From Acidobacteriota bacterium (GTDB lineage: Bacteria > Acidobacteriota > UBA890 > WLXD01): a stretch of DNA of 64,000 nt. Numbering within the stretch: position 1 is the stretch's first letter; every line of letters starts with the position of its first letter. The DNA lies in assembly GCA_965248695.1 (NCBI GenBank), contig CBDFKD010000002.1:2688001-2752000 (forward strand), given 5' to 3'. The notes under the pieces are model-generated. The model was not told the origin of the DNA and did no database searches. It was given only the letters and a program-made list of their open reading frames with translations. The translations under genes and the position numbers were made by a program. Below are positions 60,682 through 64,000 of this stretch, in pieces.

Positions 60682-61536
60682 TCACAGCAGTATCTTCCCC
60701 GTCCAAGCGACCTGCCCGAGGATCTTGGCTTCCCGTGGCAGGCCTAGGGTCGGGTACTCGGACTTGTCCGGGTTGTCACTGGCGAGCGCCCAGGCTCCCT
60801 GATCGTTCCGCATCAGCCGCTTGACGACGCTGCCGTCCTCGGTCCACACGGCGAAGATGCGGTCATGGATCAGAGTGGTGCGCCGATGATCGACCAGGAT
60901 CATCGCTCCGTCCTCGATGCCCGGCACCATCGACTCACCCCATACCTCGAAGGCGTTGCAGTGCTCGGGAAACAGCCCGTGCCGGTTCGACCACACCGTC
61001 GGGAAGGCGATGTAGCCGGTGACCTTCTCGGTGATGAAGGCTCCCGCGCCAGCGGCAATGCCAACGTCGCCGCGTCTCGGGAAGACGCTGAAGTCGTGCT
61101 CGAAGGTGGCCAGACGGGGGTTGCCAGCGTAGTCCTCAGGGAGAGGGATGGGGGCGACGTTGCCGTCCGAGAGGTCGTCGGCGGGCGGCGGCAGGCGCGA
61201 GAGGATGTCGGCGTACTGCGCGTGCAGTTCCTCGCGTAGCGCTTCGGTCTTGGCTCGCAGCGCCGCCAGCTCGTCGCGGCTCGGTTCGTCGCTGGCGTCA
61301 CTATCGCGCGCCTCCAGCTGCGGCTCGGAGCCGTTGCGCGGCGGGCCGACGTAGAACTCCAGGCCCAGGGCGTCGCAGAGGGCCTGAATAGTCGATCCAC
61401 GGAGATCCAGTCCACGTTTCAAGCTCCGGACGGCGCTTTCGTGCCCCACTGCCGCGATAGATACCTCCCTGGCAGAACGGTTGCTTCGCTCCAGGGCTGC
61501 CAGGATTTCAGCGGGGTACTTAGCCGAGTAGGTCAT
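60682..61536 (-). CDS. CI-like phage repressor (HTH plus S24 peptidase)
   Basis: N-terminal HTH; IAAGAG cleavage site; VWGESMVP (Ser); VVKRL (Lys); SDNP. Confidence 0.92.
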   Translation of the reverse strand: MTYSAKYPAEILAALERSNRSAREVSIAAVGHESAVRSLKRGLDLRGSTIQALCDALGLEFYVGPPRNGSEPQLEARDSDASDEPSRDELAALRAKTEALREELHAQYADILSRLPPPADDLSDGNVAPIPLPEDYAGNPRLATFEHDFSVFPRRGDVGIAAGAGAFITEKVTGYIAFPTVWSNRHGLFPEHCNAFEVWGESMVPGIEDGAMILVDHRRTTLIHDRIFAVWTEDGSVVKRLMRNDQGAWALASDNPDKSEYPTLGLPREAKILGQVAWTGKILL

Positions 61537-61613
61537 ACGGTCCCTACCTATACCACTAATTTTTGCATCGGGCTTCACTCGACTTCGGGGTTTTATGCCC
61601 TATTCTCTGGGGC

Positions 61614-61868
61614 ATGAACTCCCTAGAAGCGAATCTCGTTGCACTCGCCGAAACCTACGCCTCGCACCGAAGTGTGACCTTGTGGAGGGTCGGTCACCAG
61701 GCAGCGAACCGTGGGTCGTTCTTCGTCGATCTGAAAGGCCAGAAGCGCCACTGCCAGACCAATACGTATAGCCGCGTTCTCCAGTGGTTCTCAGACCACT
61801 GGCCGGCCGACCTGGAATGGCCGGCGGAGATCCAGCGCCCGGAGCCGCGGCAGGGAGAGGCGGCGTGA
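61614..61868 (+). CDS. Cro-like protein
   Basis: Divergent from cI across 77 bp; TLWRVG...GSFF..L...YSRVLQWFSDHWPADLEWP. Confidence 0.75.
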   Translation: MNSLEANLVALAETYASHRSVTLWRVGHQAANRGSFFVDLKGQKRHCQTNTYSRVLQWFSDHWPADLEWPAEIQRPEPRQGEAA

Positions 61869-62012
61869 GCGGTGCGCGGCTTCGCGATCGTCGTTTGCTC
61901 GCAGTTTTCGGCCGATGGGTCTGGAGAGCGATCTGCTGGAAGCGCCGTCTTCACGGTCGCGTCGAGCGAGCACTCGGGATCTACGAACTACGGCGCTCTC
62001 GGCGCGACACCC

Positions 62013-62255
62013 TCAATCCTCTGGAGATGCATCGCGCTGCGCTTCTTTCTTCGCGGCTTGCCGCATCTCGGCGAGGACCTCTAGGAACCGGCCGTCCTTC
62101 CACTCAGACAACGCGTGATCGTCCAGTCGCGCTGCCTCCAAGTCCTCCAGAGACAGAGAGCCGTTCGCAACAAGAGCATCCCGAAGCGCGATCCAGTCGG
62201 CCTGAAGCGAAAGGTACAGGCCGATGATGAAGCCGTGTCTGCCCGAAGGCGACAT
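62013..62255 (-). CDS. Small hypothetical protein antisense to the early operon
   Basis: MSPSGRHGFIIGLYLSLQADWIALRDALVANGSL...; protein-like composition; start uncertain. Confidence 0.45.
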   Translation of the reverse strand: MSPSGRHGFIIGLYLSLQADWIALRDALVANGSLSLEDLEAARLDDHALSEWKDGRFLEVLAEMRQAAKKEAQRDASPED

Positions 62256-62387
62256 TTCGATCGGCTCTCTGTTGAAGCGTGGGGCGTCGTCGTTTTCCAC
62301 AGTTCCCGGGGCTGTGCTGGGTGGTTGGTGTCGAACTGCCCACGCTAGCACGGCCTCGGAGGCCTTCTCACAAAAGGAGGTGGGGTA

Positions 62388-62570
62388 GTGGCCCCGATCA
62401 CGATGACCTACGAGCTGGCCATGGGTGCGAGCAAGGACGCAGCTAACCAGAGCATGGGCGCGGCGGGCCGCTCCAAGTGGAGCCGACAGGACTACAGCGT
62501 CGCCGTCGAGACGTTTGAGCGCCTGTGGCCATTGGAGGCGGATCTGCGCAGCCAAGGAGAGATGGCGTGA
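62388..62570 (+). CDS. Small phage protein
   Basis: AAGGAGGT RBS; MTYELAMGASKDAANQSM..AGR.KWS..DY..AV..FERLWP. Confidence 0.7.
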   Translation: MAPITMTYELAMGASKDAANQSMGAAGRSKWSRQDYSVAVETFERLWPLEADLRSQGEMA

Positions 62571-62587
62571 GCGTGGAGGTGCGGCGG

Positions 62588-63266
62588 CTAGTCGACCTCG
62601 CCGGCGGCGGCAGCGCGCTGTTCGTGCGCCAGCTTGACTCGCTCCGGCAGCGTGAAGGTGTAGAGCAAAAACAGCTCGGCGAAGCTCTGAATCTGCTTCG
62701 CGCTCATTTCGTCGAACGTTTCCTCGTGCGCCGCTTTGTTTCCCTGGAGGCGAATGATGTGCGCCAAAGACTTCATTGCCGGAGTGATCTCGTGCCGTTT
62801 GGCGAGGGCGTCGATACGTTTCACGAGCTGCATCTTTTTGAAGTCCGCACCTTCAGGCGGCGATCTCCGTGGTGGCCCACTCCAGAACCTTGCGGAACAT
62901 TATGCCGGCGCTTGTGAAGTGCTGGCGACGCAGGTTGTCGGCCGCCTCCTTGTAGTCGTTCGCGATGCCATCGGGCACATGCTCGGGCACGTCGATTGGC
63001 TGCGGCTTCGGGTGTATGGCAATCAGTTCGAACTCATGGTCTTGCGGATCTCCTGAATAATTGCCTGGACTACTTTCCTTCGGGCCCTTGAACTTAACGG
63101 CGACACCTTCTTGACACTTACGGCATACGAACAAGGTGTTCCACTCCCTCAGGCGACGATTCGATTGCTCCTCCAGCGAGACAGGTGGGCACTCGAGCTG
63201 ACCGCCGAACATGAACCCCGTGCGCTCCGATGCACAGTGGGGGCAGTCTAGGACCATTTCAGGCAT
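62588..63266 (-). pseudogene. DUF4145 domain protein with N-terminal zinc ribbon and a single frameshift near 62858
   Basis: CPHC...CRKC, VPEHVPDGIANDYKEA, AGIMFRKVLE / LVKRIDAL, IRLQGNKAAH, FLLYTFTLP. Confidence 0.85.
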
Positions 63267-63480
63267 GTCGAACCTCTCACCGCATATCAGGGAGCTGAAT
63301 AAAACGCTGGCCCCGGAGTACGGCCCGGAGACACCGAGCGAGGCCGTGAGCCGGCTGCTCGAACACTACCAGCGGCTCGATGAGCAGGGCCAGCTCGCGT
63401 TCGTGGCGGCGCTGATTGGTGACGCCGTGACGCAGCGAATGATCGCGCGCCCGGAGCCGCGGCAGGGAGAGGCGGCATGA
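63265..63480 (+). CDS. Small phage hypothetical protein
   Basis: MSNLSPHIRELN...RPEPRQGEAA*. Confidence 0.5.
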   Translation: MSNLSPHIRELNKTLAPEYGPETPSEAVSRLLEHYQRLDEQGQLAFVAALIGDAVTQRMIARPEPRQGEAA

Positions 63481-63641
63481 GCGACACCGCCCAGGTCGAC
63501 GTATCCGTGCATTCCGAACCGCTGCTTACTGCGCTGTCACGGCTTACCGAGCTTGCGAAAGGCTTTCCGGAGCTTGTCGATCGCCTTATCGACCTTACGC
63601 ATCTCTCGCCGGAGTTGCTCGGCACGGTAGTGCGTGACGAG

Positions 63642-64000
63642 TGCGTATTTCGGTGATGCCGAATCGGTTGTTTCGGTCATCGCGATCACTCGTTTCGGGT
63701 GATCGCGATCAGGGCATCGGAGCGAAGCGACGTTGTGTTGGGATGTTAGCGGATCACCTTGGGTGAGTCAGAAGTAGTAGTAGAGGCGGTGGAGGCTGTG
63801 GGGGACGCGAAGCGTCCTCCAAGGAGCGGTGGGAAACGGATGTTTTCCATGGCTCCGGCAGGATCCACAGGTTGCCGGAGCAGCGCGAGGATGCTCATGT
63901 GGCTTTGTCCGCATCGCGCAGCTTGGCGGCGGCGGCCGCCTTGCGCAGCGACCGGCCGGTGAGCTTGATCTTGTAGGCAGCGTGGATGAGCCGGTCGCAG
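63642..64000 (-). mobile_element. istB: IS21-family element, right end with istB C-terminus, running off the window
   Basis: Terminus TGCGTATTTCGGTGATGCCGAATC with internal TTTCGG...GATC repeats; minus strand CDRLIHAAYKIKLTGRSLRK...* (stop 63895-63897). Confidence 0.88.

Larger units (their letters stand above)
61835..63483 (+). repeat. Direct repeat pair at gene junctions (61835-61871 and 63447-63483)
   Basis: GCGCCCGGAGCCGCGGCAGGGAGAGGCGGC identical over 30 bp, then (G/A)TGAGCG. Confidence 0.9.
51035..63641. mobile_element. Prophage remnant (tail end, lysis, accessory array, cI/cro, early genes)
   Basis: Tail-like ORFs, Com zinc finger, lytic transglycosylase, divergent S24 repressor and Cro-like pair, overlapping stop/start codons. 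Confidence 0.88.

Noticed and set aside
57949-60682. Integron, shufflon or DGR as explanation of the cargo array
   Set aside because: No integron integrase, invertase or reverse transcriptase nearby; repeats are direct, protein-coding and non-palindromic; differences are not adenine-specific

Overview
GC-rich bacterial DNA, probably Acidobacteriota and possibly host- or sponge-associated (inferred from the Acidobacteria-type VWA protein and the Calx-beta/Ig surface proteins). Three zones. (1) 1-21.9 kb is ordinary chromosome. It holds an unannotated UxxC selenoprotein glutaredoxin with a SECIS-like hairpin, DUF547, GT2, a class V aminotransferase, a PlpD-like patatin-Omp85 protein, a D-aminoacylase, tyrA-like, an MBL hydrolase, mutY and tRNA-Glu(CTC). 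It also holds a ~2,860-aa FixC-FixX-ACAD-ACAD-EtfB-EtfA fusion split by a 23-bp duplication. (2) 21.9-51 kb is a decaying island full of IS3, IS256, IS6 and IS1595 elements, many nested or truncated. It includes an 83-bp IS3-derived miniature element, repeat-rich surface proteins, a sulfatase, a BNR-repeat protein and many gene fragments. (3) 51-64 kb is a prophage remnant: tail end, Com, lysis genes, RadC, cI/cro and early genes, cut by IS21. Downstream of cI is an array of cargo genes interspersed with repeated 3' ends of a different S24 repressor. Strongest candidates for something new are the giant acyl-CoA-to-quinone fusion and the repressor-tail-anchored cassette array. All family calls come from motif recognition by eye; no database searches were run.
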